Below, piece after piece: positions 47,891-59,874 of a DNA stretch of 64,000 nucleotides. Source of the DNA: Psammoneis japonica. Taxonomy: Eukaryota. The stretch covers positions 334,182 to 398,181 of the forward strand of contig QPGO01000036.1 of assembly GCA_008632985.1 (NCBI GenBank). The letters are read 5' to 3'. The notes beneath the pieces are model-generated. The model saw only the letters and a program-made list of their open reading frames with translations, did no database searches and had not been told where the DNA came from. Positions within the stretch are counted from its first letter, which is position 1, and each line of letters opens with the position of its first letter. A program made the translations under genes and the position numbers.

Positions 47891-48394
47891 TAGATAGTCG
47901 AAAGGAGTGATTCATGACCAACTAGGCGAGCGCGAACCTATACACACTAAAGATCCATACATCTTTGATAAGCTAGCTTTTTTCTGGTAGGAGTGTGCTT
48001 CTTGTTTCAGCTAGAGGACATGATCCAATGCTTAACGGTACACACGATCTACGACTAGGAGGTACCAAATGGCGAGCAACACCCAACGTGACGAAGTTTC
48101 TCCTGGTTTCTTCTACCTCACGATTCGGTCTTTTTTGATTTCTTCTGTAGCCAGCACTTGCAGTGTAAGCTGTAGAGTCAACACGATGATTATCCAATGA
48201 CTTACAGCGAGACTCGGATTGTAGGTTCTGCGCACCAGGTACTTGCTCTGTACTTGCTCAGAAACCCATTCAAAGCAAGAGATTGAGCCGTGCTGCACTC
48301 TAATTTGTTATCGTGAATTCCTTTTCTTGTGAATTGTCTACTGTGGCGGCGCATCAGGAAGACTGTGTGAATCAGGGAATCCGCATCATTTCCA

Positions 48395-49981
48395 TTAGCT
48401 TTCGGAGAAAGCATTTCCTGGACATTTCTCTAGCTCATGCTTTTGAAATTCATTGACTTCCTTTGCAACTTTGTACAGTCGAGTCAGAGCCTCAAAATCG
48501 GGTGCCCTAGCAAACAGCTCCTTTTGAAACGCCGGATCCTCAAACCGCTTGCGACAGACACTCATCTCTGGACTTCCCTGAGTTGAATGCCGCATACCCA
48601 CTATCTGTTGGTTGAGCGATGTATCAATGTATTCAACTCGCTTTGAAATCATTTCGAAAAACACGTCAACGCCATCCTCAAGCACACCCACAACAGCAAA
48701 TCCTTGTCTTAGGTTGCCTTCTGCCTGCCTTTCGAGATCCTCCAAGGTGGCTGTTCCTGCAGCATATCGCGAAATACAGTCCTCCCCACACAACTGCATA
48801 ATGTATCCGAGTGACATGCGAATGAGCCAACCCGGCGCGCTGCTGTCCATGCCGCTTTGGTTTTCCGGTATTACAATGCCTTGTTGGACCGCAAGATCTA
48901 TATCGTCACACTTGTCGTACATTTCAACGTTTCTTTGTTTGCGATGCCACAAGAATTTGGAGAGTATCCAGTCAAGTGGGTCTCTAACCAAGGTTGCTCT
49001 GAGAACTGGCATGGATGAGTATACTGGAGCCCATGATGAAATTTCGGATTGGCCATTATTCGCCATCAACTGAGAAAGGGATTTTATTGCTTGTTTGTCC
49101 GCCGATTTTTGCAGTGGGATAGAGCACCGTTGATACTTCTCCTTGTAGTCATATCTGGTGTCTGGTCGATCCTTGTTTATATAAAAACACCAATGGTTCT
49201 TTGGGTGCAGTAAATCAAAAAGTGGAGTCATCGGATTGTTGCCCCACTGCGAGGACCACCATTTTGATAGGTAAGGCCCCGGAAGCCAGTGCATCTCGGC
49301 GCCGAAAATATTATGACCAAAGTAAACGAGTCGACACTCATCGCTATCTAGTGCACACACATCCGCCACTCCACCAAGCTCTTGTGTATATTGCTCAGTA
49401 GCTTCAGGGCATCCAATGGCTCTACCCAACGGGGTTTTAGCTTGGCAAAGTCGTGTTCCCTCGTACGCAAATTCCTTTGTTGGGCGTCGGTGTAAGAAAC
49501 AGCTATTGCAGGAACGAGCCACCGTTTCGTTGCTACCTCCAATTGGATAAAATGACATGTCCCTTTCCAATGGTCTTGTTCGTGTATAGTTGAGACTGCT
49601 GGCTGCTAATCTCGCTCGTACGCTCCCCCCGCCAGCCTTTCCAATGTGCACAAAGATGAACGGTGTCTCTGTTCTGCCGCATCCCCATTTACGGATCTTT
49701 TTGCTATCTGCGGGTTGAAATTCCCACTCTGTATCCTTCTCTACCGTCGATGATGAGGCAAAAGCATTCGAAGTTGATACATTGAAATGTCTGGTTGGTT
49801 TTATATCATCGGTTTGCGGTGGCGTTTCGACAATTGGTTGGTGGAATGTTTCTTTTTGCCAGTTTGTGCTTTCTTTTGAGCTTGTCGATACCAGGAGCAA
49901 CCGCAACTGTATGCCTCCATGGATTGTGAAAAAGACAAGAACTAGTGCCGTTCGGATAGGCACAATATTCTTTATTTTCAT
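48395..49981 (-). CDS. Golgi-type (type II membrane) sulfotransferase family protein
   Basis: N-terminal TM; 5'-PSB motif FVHIGKAGGGS; 3'-PB motif TLVRDPLDWILS; intronless ORF of ~528 aa from the first ATG. Confidence 0.88.
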   Translation of the reverse strand: MKIKNIVPIRTALVLVFFTIHGGIQLRLLLVSTSSKESTNWQKETFHQPIVETPPQTDDIKPTRHFNVSTSNAFASSSTVEKDTEWEFQPADSKKIRKWGCGRTETPFIFVHIGKAGGGSVRARLAASSLNYTRTRPLERDMSFYPIGGSNETVARSCNSCFLHRRPTKEFAYEGTRLCQAKTPLGRAIGCPEATEQYTQELGGVADVCALDSDECRLVYFGHNIFGAEMHWLPGPYLSKWWSSQWGNNPMTPLFDLLHPKNHWCFYINKDRPDTRYDYKEKYQRCSIPLQKSADKQAIKSLSQLMANNGQSEISSWAPVYSSMPVLRATLVRDPLDWILSKFLWHRKQRNVEMYDKCDDIDLAVQQGIVIPENQSGMDSSAPGWLIRMSLGYIMQLCGEDCISRYAAGTATLEDLERQAEGNLRQGFAVVGVLEDGVDVFFEMISKRVEYIDTSLNQQIVGMRHSTQGSPEMSVCRKRFEDPAFQKELFARAPDFEALTRLYKVAKEVNEFQKHELEKCPGNAFSES

Positions 49982-50249
49982 TGCGCTGTTCACCGTCAAA
50001 TTGTGAGCCGAGACGCGAAGTCATAGATGCAAATACCATGTTATTAGAAGCCGAATAGATTTTAATTCAAGTGAGGGGCATAAGAAAATGTCTTTTTCTG
50101 TCTTGTCTCCCACGCTTCCAACGTGACTCGTTCGATTGACGGCTCGAACTTTGGCTTCTCTTGCTGTGGTTTGCTGTGACTTGTCTTATCCTTTTACTGG
50201 CTTTTACAAGGTCACCGGATCATCCGATGAACAGATTTTGCAGTGCCTT

Positions 50250-53200
50250 TCGTACGCCATGAATGACGGAAGAGAAAGGGCAGAGGAGACGGAAATTGAC
50301 AATGGCCCCACTGTCCAAAATTGAGGATTTGGTCGTGGAGAATTTTGCATTGCAAGATGCCCTGCAGCCTTGCCAGTGCCTTGTGCTTTGATGTCCTTTC
50401 CAGGTCACGAATGGACAACATTTACAGAGAACGCTCACACAGGATGATGAAGAGCATGACCTTGTGTTCCTTTCGTCCGTTGGTTTCTGTCGTGCCGCTG
50501 TGGACTCGCAACAGTTGGCAGCCCAATTGTGTCACCAAGCCCCGCATCACTCATGGAATCTTGCTGTCAAAGTGGGCTTTGCTTGTCGACGGTGTTGGTC
50601 AGCTTCTGTTGATTGCCGAGATGCATGCACTGCATTGAATCTAAATCCGATGCACAATGACGAAATGCACCCTGCTGAGGGACTGGATCAGCGAGTCTTT
50701 CTCTTGCTCACATTTTGCGTTCGACAAAAAGTTCTTCTATAAAAATTCTTGCTTCTTGCACACTGTGCAGAATTGTGAGAGTCAACGTTTTCATTTGGGA
50801 CTTGTGCTCTGTGTGATGAAAGTTCTCTCCTCTGCTGTTTGCCCACGATGCATGCACAATGACTTGCTCAATCCTTTTTACCGACATTTCAGATGCATGC
50901 ATGACCATGGATTGAAACAGAGTTCCGGCAGTGTTGCACAGTTCGCATTCACGGTTCTTTCCACTGCTCACAGCGCAGCATTTTGCAGCTGCCATCAAGG
51001 ACTGCATGATGAGTCAGCAGGTGCAAAAACCTGGAGACAGATTGCGTGGGAAAGAGGAAACACCATGTTCGAATTATTTGGCGGATGATGGATCTTTAAG
51101 AGGCTTGTTTGCATGTCTCACCACGTTCATTGTGCCTCTGGAAAAAATCACGGAGGTGATGGTGATCAACTGTTGGAGAAAGGTGACTCAAAGCTGTGTC
51201 AATGCCCTGGTGCACTTTCAATCTCAGGCATTGTTTTAAAATGCGAGTCGCAATCGGCTGTCTTTTTATCCATTTCCGGTCACTTGAAGCCAGAACGCCA
51301 GTCGGAGCCGCATCTTGGGTCCACACGAAGCAATTGTCAGATGCCTTACAAGATGAGAGCACTTGAGGCGCACTGCAAGCATCCAACCTTCAAAATGGCC
51401 TTTTCACTTGCCGTCTGTCTTGCTGAATCGATGAAGCTGTGATGCAGATGCTTCAGCTTGTGCTCTCAAGAAACTTGAGTGATTTGAGTGAAAGGTGCTT
51501 GGTGGAGCTTTTGGAAAGGTACAAGCTTCCAACGATCGCATTTGTCTGTCAATCTTTGAGCAATGTTCGCTCAATCAATGTCCCACAAGTGTCGCTGATC
51601 TGACACCGGAGCAACGGAGACTTTTAGAGTGCAGGTCATCCTTGCACCAATGCTTTGCGAGCAACACAGGTGGTCGAAGCTTGGAATGCCATCATTGCTG
51701 CGACCAACCAAGCAGCGGATCCTTGAGACAGTGTTTCGGATTGCATCGCTTTGTGAGCAGTGCGGTGCTGGATGGGGCTGGAACTTGCAATGCACAGCTG
51801 TCGCCACATCTTGGTCAGCATTGAAACAGTTCATCAAAGCTGCAGCAGCTTTCTTCTTTCTGGAGACAGCTGGCCTTGTCGGGTTTGATTAATCTTGAAT
51901 GCAGATTGGGCGCTTGATCTCAACACTCTCTCAGTGAAGTGGACTGCGGAACCTTGGAGCACTCGTGCAGTTTAACAACAGAGGATTGAAGTTTTGCATC
52001 AGTGTTTTCACCTCAGCTTTGTGTTTGCTGAATGATCCTGAATGTCTTGTGATGCAGACACCTGTCAGAGGTCACGGGTGCCATTCCGACGGAACACGGG
52101 AGACCGTTGAAATGCCCACAGCGCTGCATCCTTTAACTCGTTCGACTCGACAGAGCTTGAGCAGTGACAAAAGTTCTTGTTGCATGATGAACCACTTGGA
52201 AGACTCTGATTTATTTCTTGGGGTGGGGACTTGGGAAGACCGGCGTGCGAACGCAACGAGGACGATGGTGCATCGACCCTCGTCAAACGTCAAAGCCTTG
52301 CGTCCCAATTGTGGTTGGATGCCTTGTGAACTGGCTTGTGCAACTGACCAAGATCATGTCTGAGAGCACACAAATGTGGCACTTAGATTCAGATGGCTTG
52401 AACGGCATCCATGACACGGAGCATCGTGCCTTGCTCTTTTGGGGACTAAAGCGACAACAAGAGCAACACCATCGCCAACATGAACCAGCTGTTGATGACC
52501 TGTCAACACACAGCTCCTCCTTCTTGCACATCTCCATTCATGTTGTCTGTCCCAACAGAAATCAAATCTGAAAAAAGAGTGTGAGTTGTGAAGCATAACT
52601 CAGCGAGACGGTCACAATCGCAAACGCAACAAAACAGATCTTCAAACGCTGTGGGACGTGGAGAACACAGCTGACACAATGGGCTGGCGACCCACAGGAG
52701 TGTCAAACCTGCGGGGGCACAGACATGAGATGCTCAATGAGCAACTCAAGTGGTCTGAACCACCTCACAACCTTCACGAAAAAGGCTGCCCTTCGGGGTT
52801 GTCAAGCACACTGTCTTAGTCCACGACATCTGCAGGCGTTCAGCGTGCGTTCAAAAAGAAAGCAGAGGCTGGCCTTCACATGGTTCCTGCTTGAACAACC
52901 GTTGCACTAAAAAGTGCATTGGTTGGCACTGGGTTGCTGCCGCATTGGACGTTTATGAGCATTCAGCACACACGCACGAAGCAAGTTTGCTGGCAATCGT
53001 GGTGTGTCTCCGTCAGAACCACGGGCTGCTTTGACAGGCAATCGTCATTTTGCCTCGAACCGACTTCCAAAGACACACGCAATCAAATGCACAGAGGAAA
53101 ACCGTCAAGGACCCAAGCCTTCAGGTCTGCGTGGCAATCGTGTGCGGATGGCATTCAATGACTTAACTCCAGCAGATCTAACTCGCAACGAGAACGAGAT

Positions 53201-53300
53201 GGTCGACTCACCTTCAGCAGAGTCATGATGCAAAAGGTCGAATGGCGATTTTTGTGTGCTTCGTGCAACAATGAGCAAAGTGATTCGGATTTCACGTGTC
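50250..53300 (+). pseudogene. TA-depleted decayed gene, possibly of the diatom family with repeated GxxCxxC zinc-binding modules
   Basis: Fragments VKVGFACRRC and LECHHCCDQP; many stops and frameshifts. Cys counts are inflated by Y->C, so the assignment is weak. Confidence 0.35.
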
Positions 53301-55779
53301 CCGGGTCTGCCGTTTCAAAATTTTTGAAAATGTGGCGGGAAACCAACGGTGTTTTCACTATCACATTTTGTGTACTGTTGGGCGAACCCTGTGACGTCAT
53401 TGAACGAGCTCCAAGGTCCAAGAAGATTTCCTGCTTCCGCCCGGCCGCCCGAGCATAAACACACCGTAATGACGCATGGCAGATTGTCGCAGCGCATCTT
53501 CTCCCATTTCGTTCGCAGCACTGTTCATAGTTCATACACACCATCTCACGACGAGGAGGAATCTTTAGGTTTCGAGATATGGATGGAAATGGCGGTGCCT
53601 TTTTCGCGTCATCGTCAGATTCAGGAGCCAACACCAACAACACCGGCAGCTTCTCGCAATAACATCAACTCTCAAAACGGATACAATTTCGCCGTAACGC
53701 CATTACTAAGCCATGCTCACGATCCTGTGCCTGACCAAAAGTGAGTTTGTTGTGTCGTCACGCCTCAACTCCCACGGTAGATGCACTATTTGATTCTGGA
53801 ACTCGGTCCTTCGTTGATTTCTCGCTTCTCCAGAGTCTGCACCAAGTTCTAAGCCTTTCGAACGAACTTTAAAGGTGAGAATTCTTTGATCAGAAATCAC
53901 ACACCGTACAATTTATCACATAACAACTATACCACACTCATTTTCAGCTTGTACGCCAACAGTAATAACGATTGAATTAAGAATGAATTACCAAGTACTT
54001 CATCGCACACCAAGTGAAGACCCATGAACACTCCTTGAGTTCAATATTGTTTGCTAAGGCTGCGGTTGGCTGGAAGAGAATTGATTACCCTCGGTTCGAC
54101 CAAGAAGTTCTTCTCCAGTCACATTGTTTGTTGATACAGGTCTGTGACATGGCTGAGTATGAACTTTGTTGCATAATAGATGAGTCACGGCGAGCGCCAC
54201 GAAGCATGAAACAATAAGTTCATGATCGATTCTCACCCGGTGTCAAATGGAAGGATTTGACCGCTCCAACCGATCCGCAATCACACAAGACCTCCAACCA
54301 ACCATCAGGGGAACAATAAGGTGGGGACGAAGAACTTGTGACCGAAGCAAAAGAACAATCAATCGGAACGGATGGCATCAATTGCAAATTTGAGCGAACC
54401 CAGCGCCCAGCGACAGCTTCAAGATCTGTACTTCTCCGACCTCCCCGCTGACTTGATGCTCGTTTCGCATGCTTAGCTTCTCTCAAGCTCTCCGACTCTT
54501 CTTCTCATCTCTCTCGAACTCTCAAATTCTTCTCTCTCAAGCTCTCTCTCGAACACTCCGACTCTTCTTCTTTTTCTTCCGTAAGGCACTCGAACATTCC
54601 CAATCCACTTCTACCCGCGATTCAAGATTGGTGCCGACCATCGAATAACTCATCCATCAGCGGAAAAAAGATGCACGAGCTGCTATGAACCGAGCCAACA
54701 CAAGCACGGCCATCCGTAATGAGGAATTCCCATGCTTGAACGCGTCCTTCTCCTCCCCGTTCCTCTTAACAACGCGCCAACTACTCCATTGTGCTGGCTT
54801 GTATCGTCAGAAGGGTCATTTGCTCCGGAAGTACCACGGCTAGTGCTGTCTCGTGGATGGGATTGTCGCTATCAGACGCACGGTCATACGTAATGAGGGA
54901 TTCCCGTGTTGGAATGGAACGGAAGCATTATGGAATCAAGCACTTGATCCACAAGTATCACTTTTGGTGTTCCATAAACGGCCGACAGGATTCTTGATCT
55001 ACTTTGCCCCACTCCTTTTGTCGCAAGCCTCGCAAGATTATCAAGCTAAGCAACGTCTTGCCGCTTCCCGGGGAAAGTACTACATGATCCCGCCGATGAT
55101 GATCATGGGCGATTGATTGGGTGCTCTTTCTGACGGGCTGTGGTCTTACGATTATTGTATATCTTGGTGTTGATAGCTTCCTTGACACATTGATGACGTA
55201 CTTGGATTTGTTCTTGCAGCGGGGTGTTGTACCTTTTGCTTGCGATCGTGATCTTGGGCTGCCTCGAATTCCAACAACTCTGACAATGCAGTCGCCCGCA
55301 TGGAACACTACGGATGTGGATTGGGGACACGCCTGATGGAGATGGCACAACTGTTCATCAATTAGATCAAGGCTCTGTTTTGCTCATTGCGATGAAGCAC
55401 CCAACTCGTTGACCAGCACATGCAGCGCCATTGTCGCTCTCCACCCCGACAAAGCTGCAGACACGATGGTTGGTCTGGCTTTGGCGTCGCACCCCTTTGT
55501 AATCGCGCCGTGCTGTGTCTTCGGTGGATAGTTCCCACACGGAAGAAAGATCAACTCCAACGAAATGGTCAGTGCAAAGAGCATTTAATGTTTCGACGTG
55601 TTTGATTGTCAAGTTACGGGGTGCAATCTACCTACTAAACCGAGTACCTAATAGCATCTCTACGAGTAGCCACTATCTAGGAACCAAGCTAGAGAGGGGG
55701 TTTTCTGATTCTTCTTGCCTCTTCTCCAAACCTCGACAAAAGGCAAACTGTTTATATTCGACAAAACTAAAACACCATA

Positions 55780-58150
55780 TTCTCAGAGGGATGAATGAAC
55801 CAACAAACCCAACAAACACATAAACACCTTCGACCTTCACCTCTGGTCTTCGCCTTCAAACTTGGTTTGGACAAACTTGGCTTGTGTCTCATCGAACTTC
55901 TTGACCTTCGAGTTTGTCAGGACATCCTGAAGAATGCAGATTGCAGCTCCAACCACACCCACACCCGAAACATTGGGTCGACTCGCAATTCCCGCAAAGT
56001 TGAGAGCTTTGAGCGATGCAACCAAAATCTTTTCCGATCGCCCCTGTGCAAGAGCCATTCGCTCCAGGGCTTTTTCGTTTCCCAAGGATCAAACTCAAAC
56101 CTTGAGGTTCTTCAACATGTGCAACCTTTTGTGGCAACATGACTGCCGCCTTGATGTTGGCACTCCTTTGGATTGAGACCCGTCGCTTCCAAGAAAATGT
56201 CAAAATTTTTGGCGGCTTCACTCAAGTGACCCTTCTGTGCTCATGTGAAATTTTCAACAGAGGGTTGAGCAAGCATGAAGGACAAAGGCAAATGTGCTGG
56301 GAAATCAAAAGACATTGTTTTCCATCAAGGTTTGCCCCAATTGATTGTCCTTGAAAGTGTGCGTCAAGCATCTTGCCAGTTTTTCTGTCACCAATCAATC
56401 TGCGCCACACACCAAGATGGAATGTGGGTGGCTGATGGCAACTCTTCCATCTCTTGTCAAAGGCTTGCCATCCAATCCAATGGAGGGGGGCAGGTGGCTC
56501 AACAAGCTGTCAGTTTTACACTGTTCTCTCTGCCAAGCTGCAGCTCAACTTGGGTTGTGTGAGTTCCATCTTTGGCTCTGCTGATGTGCCCGTTTGTGAC
56601 ACATTGTGGGAACTTGTCACTGAGTGACACAAAAACAAAATGTGACCTCATGTTTTGTTTTGATTTTTCCCTGATGCACCACCATCCAGCAGGAGAAAGT
56701 CGCCCATTCCCAACAGCACTGGCTGTCAAGAAAAGCTCTGATTTGGCCCCAGCAATGTGCGCTTCAAAGTTTTTGGCATCTCTGTTGGCAAGGTCATTGG
56801 TGCGGGCATCTGTTGGGGGGGCAAGCAGCTTCTGTGGAAAAGTGCTGGTGAGGTTGGCAACACTCTTTGGAGCAGAAGCATTGGTGGCCATCAGAAGTGG
56901 GCCACAGGGTCCTGCCATTGAAAGCACTGATGACTGGCACATGTCACACAAGGCTGTGCTGCTGCCAACCTGAGAAAAGTTGCTGTTTTGTGCCTGTGGT
57001 GGTTGCCACCTTGTGCCCACTGTTTTTCTTTCTTTCATCTCTAACGTGGGTTGAAGATTTTGCTGAGCAAAGATGAGACAGAAGTGCAAAGTGCTCAACT
57101 CTGTGGAGGGCCCTTTGCTGCCAATGAAGTGTGTGCAGCTGCACCCAGCCATGAGGTGAGTGGTGGGCTTGACATTGTCTCAACTTGTTGATGCTCATGC
57201 AAACCAGGCTGACCAAGCTGCCTGCTGGAGACTGCTCTGTGACCACCAACCAGAGCTCCGTGGCACATTGGGGGCCATGGGTGGAGAGTTGTCCATGAAA
57301 GATTGTGCAACTTCAATTGCCATCAATGCCAGAACAAGAAGCTGTGGCACCTGAGCTGCTTGGGAGTTGTTCACCAGTGATTGCCAGTGGGAGAGCTCTC
57401 TGGTGGGTGCTGGGAACCAAGGATGGAGAGTCATCCACACGAAGGACTGAGCAAAAGCTTGGAAGTCACACGACAACAAAAAAATGAAGTTCTTTCTGGA
57501 GTTAACTCCAGTTGATGTGGGTTGGAGTTTTTGCTGCATGAAGACAAAAGACAGAGAAAAGCAAAGGACTCAACTCCATTGAAGGTCTTAAATTGCTGAG
57601 GATGGGTTTGAAGCTGCTTCAACAACCGTCAGTGCTCAAGCAAAGTGGGCCAGTCATGCCACTTGGGGGGCATTGTGTGACTGCCGACTCAAACTCTGCA
57701 GTGCTTTGGGCACCAAGGGTGAAGAGTTGTCCATGAAAGACCAAGTGACTTGTTCAACAGCTGCAGATGCTGCTTGGGGCTTGTTTGTCTAAGGACCTTT
57801 TGCAGCTTGCAGTTTGAATTTAAAAAAAGCAGCACTTTTGAAACTTTCTCCTTGGAGAATCTTGAAGAGTTTTGTCTCACTGTCAATCTGATGCTCTTCC
57901 CTTTCTTTGGTCGGAAGAATGATCTGGAAGGTTCTCTTGCCTCTTCACTTGAGTCAGTCATTCCCGTTGGCCCGAATCATTCTCAGCTGAACCCACTTGC
58001 AGGCTGCATGGCACAGTTGGCAAACATGACACAGGTGGCTTGTGCAAACTCCAATTGCATTCTGATGAATCCATTGAGACGGTCCCAGCTGAAATCGGCA
58101 AATTAGCCTCTCTCTGTCGAATCCCACAGGAAACAAGCTTTCGGGTCGAA
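55780..58150 (-). other. TA-depleted degenerate block (probable TE or pseudogene) with short internal repeats GGACAACTCTCCACCCATGG
   Basis: Near absence of TA; related repeats at ~57280, 57420 and 57720; protein-like minus-strand fragments that I cannot assign. Confidence 0.4.
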
Positions 58151-58531
58151 TTCTTTTTTGAGGTGTTGCAGAGCTTCCTCATCTTGACTTTTTGACTCTA
58201 AGTGACAATTGCTTGATTGGTCCTCTAACTGACTTCTCTCTGGTAACCGAGAACGTTTGCTGCAACTTGACGGGCGGACCACAATCGTCTACCTGGTAGT
58301 TTCAAGAGTGTCCTTAACCCTCTCTGCCACACGACTACCTTCTTGCTTCTTCGTTGAACTCAATGCATACACTACGCATGTTGTGTTAAAAGACGGCATA
58401 TTGTGTTGAAACACAACATGGCTTTTTCTATAACCCTTGGTGGTGTACTAAAAAGACTTTCACGAAACAATCCCAATGCCCCTCACATTCGAAACTTTCA
58501 TTTTCAAGTCGCAACTTTCAGTCTAATCAGA

Positions 58532-59341
58532 TTACAGACCAACCACGGATCGAACAGCAGCGACAAGCGCTGCTTGCATTTGCGCAATATCCATTTGTCT
58601 CACTTGATCAGCCCACTGTTGTAAATCAAAGTCGGCCATGGCCTTCTGCAACTCGACAAGGTCAATACGATCGGTAATCGCAAAGGCGGCATCCGCCAAG
58701 GGTCCAACACCAGCCGCATACAAAACAAGTTTGGCTTGAAGCTTGACGAGAAAGAGAGTCGCGTAATTCCGTTTCATCAAGAACCACTGCGCTTTGCTCG
58801 AATCCTTGGGTAACCACTCGGTCGGCCACGCGAAAAAGATAAAGACCGCACCAACAAAGGCCGCTCCAGCTACGCACCACGCAAATCCGATTGCCAACAA
58901 GACCAATCCCGATACCCACAGAGGAGACGTGAGCAACACCAGTGGCAACCAGAAGGGACACGTCATGAGCCCAACGGGAACCCATACGGGAGACGTTAAG
59001 AGACCAATCAACGCAAGCATACAGACGGCACCTGTCGCTGTCAAACCAACGCCCACAACAACCGCAACGCCGGCAAGAAATATAGTCTTTCGATTCAAAT
59101 GCTGCACAAAGAATCCATTCCAATTGTTTGAAGAAGAAGAATCGCTTGTTCTTGCGACAGAGTTCTTGTTGTTTGTTTCAATAATCTGTGAATCATACTC
59201 GTTCTTGTCGTCAGCCGTCAGAAGCAACGTTTCTGTTTCTGACACGCTTCTTGGAGACCTTCTCGAGTTGTTTCTGGACAACGCTCCACCCTTGTGGGCA
59301 TCAATATGAATCTCATCGTTGCTACTTTGATCAGTCTTCAT
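58532..59341 (-). CDS. Membrane/lipid-droplet-like protein, 269 aa, with a long hydrophobic tract and proline-knot-like repeats
   Basis: Clean ORF; ~85-aa uncharged tract containing LLTSPVWVP-VGLMTCPFWLP-LVLLTSPLWV. Confidence 0.85.
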   Translation of the reverse strand: MKTDQSSNDEIHIDAHKGGALSRNNSRRSPRSVSETETLLLTADDKNEYDSQIIETNNKNSVARTSDSSSSNNWNGFFVQHLNRKTIFLAGVAVVVGVGLTATGAVCMLALIGLLTSPVWVPVGLMTCPFWLPLVLLTSPLWVSGLVLLAIGFAWCVAGAAFVGAVFIFFAWPTEWLPKDSSKAQWFLMKRNYATLFLVKLQAKLVLYAAGVGPLADAAFAITDRIDLVELQKAMADFDLQQWADQVRQMDIAQMQAALVAAVRSVVGL

Positions 59342-59874
59342 GGTTTGGCGGCCTTACCGTATTACAGTTTACAGTATGCGGAAGAAGTAGCCCAGCCGTG
59401 ACAACATCGTGATGATGCCATGATCCATGATGCAAGTCCAATGACAGAAGAAAATCCTGCGGCTCGAGCTATTTTGAGCTTTTTGGGAAGACAAAAAGCT
59501 CGAGAGCGCACTTCAACTTCGCTTGACGTGCATTTTCTGGATTCAGCGTTCGCATTGTCATCCATCATTCTGGATTCCTCTCTCATCACTCAAATCGTTC
59601 ACGTCAACGCAGCATGCAACCACACAGGCTTTATCGATCGAACAGTGGCTGTCGTTCAGGACGACTTTGCTTGGCAGTGACACACCCCTGCAGTCAGAAT
59701 GAATTGGAAAGCATGAGAAAGTGATGCTCATCAGCTCGAGGAAGCTCTGAAAGCTTTCGCGATCTGTGAGCAGAAGAAAGAGGAAAACGATGCCAAGAAA
59801 TGGGCGAAGAACCGGTGCAGAGATTTAGCGAAATGTGCCAATGTTGATTCCATTGCAAAACTGTCCGTGGCTTG

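Noticed and set aside
54300..55620. Possible HSF-like or other decayed gene on the minus strand (two similar F.HGN.SLRM stretches)
   Set aside because: Too many stops and no convincing motif series to support a call.
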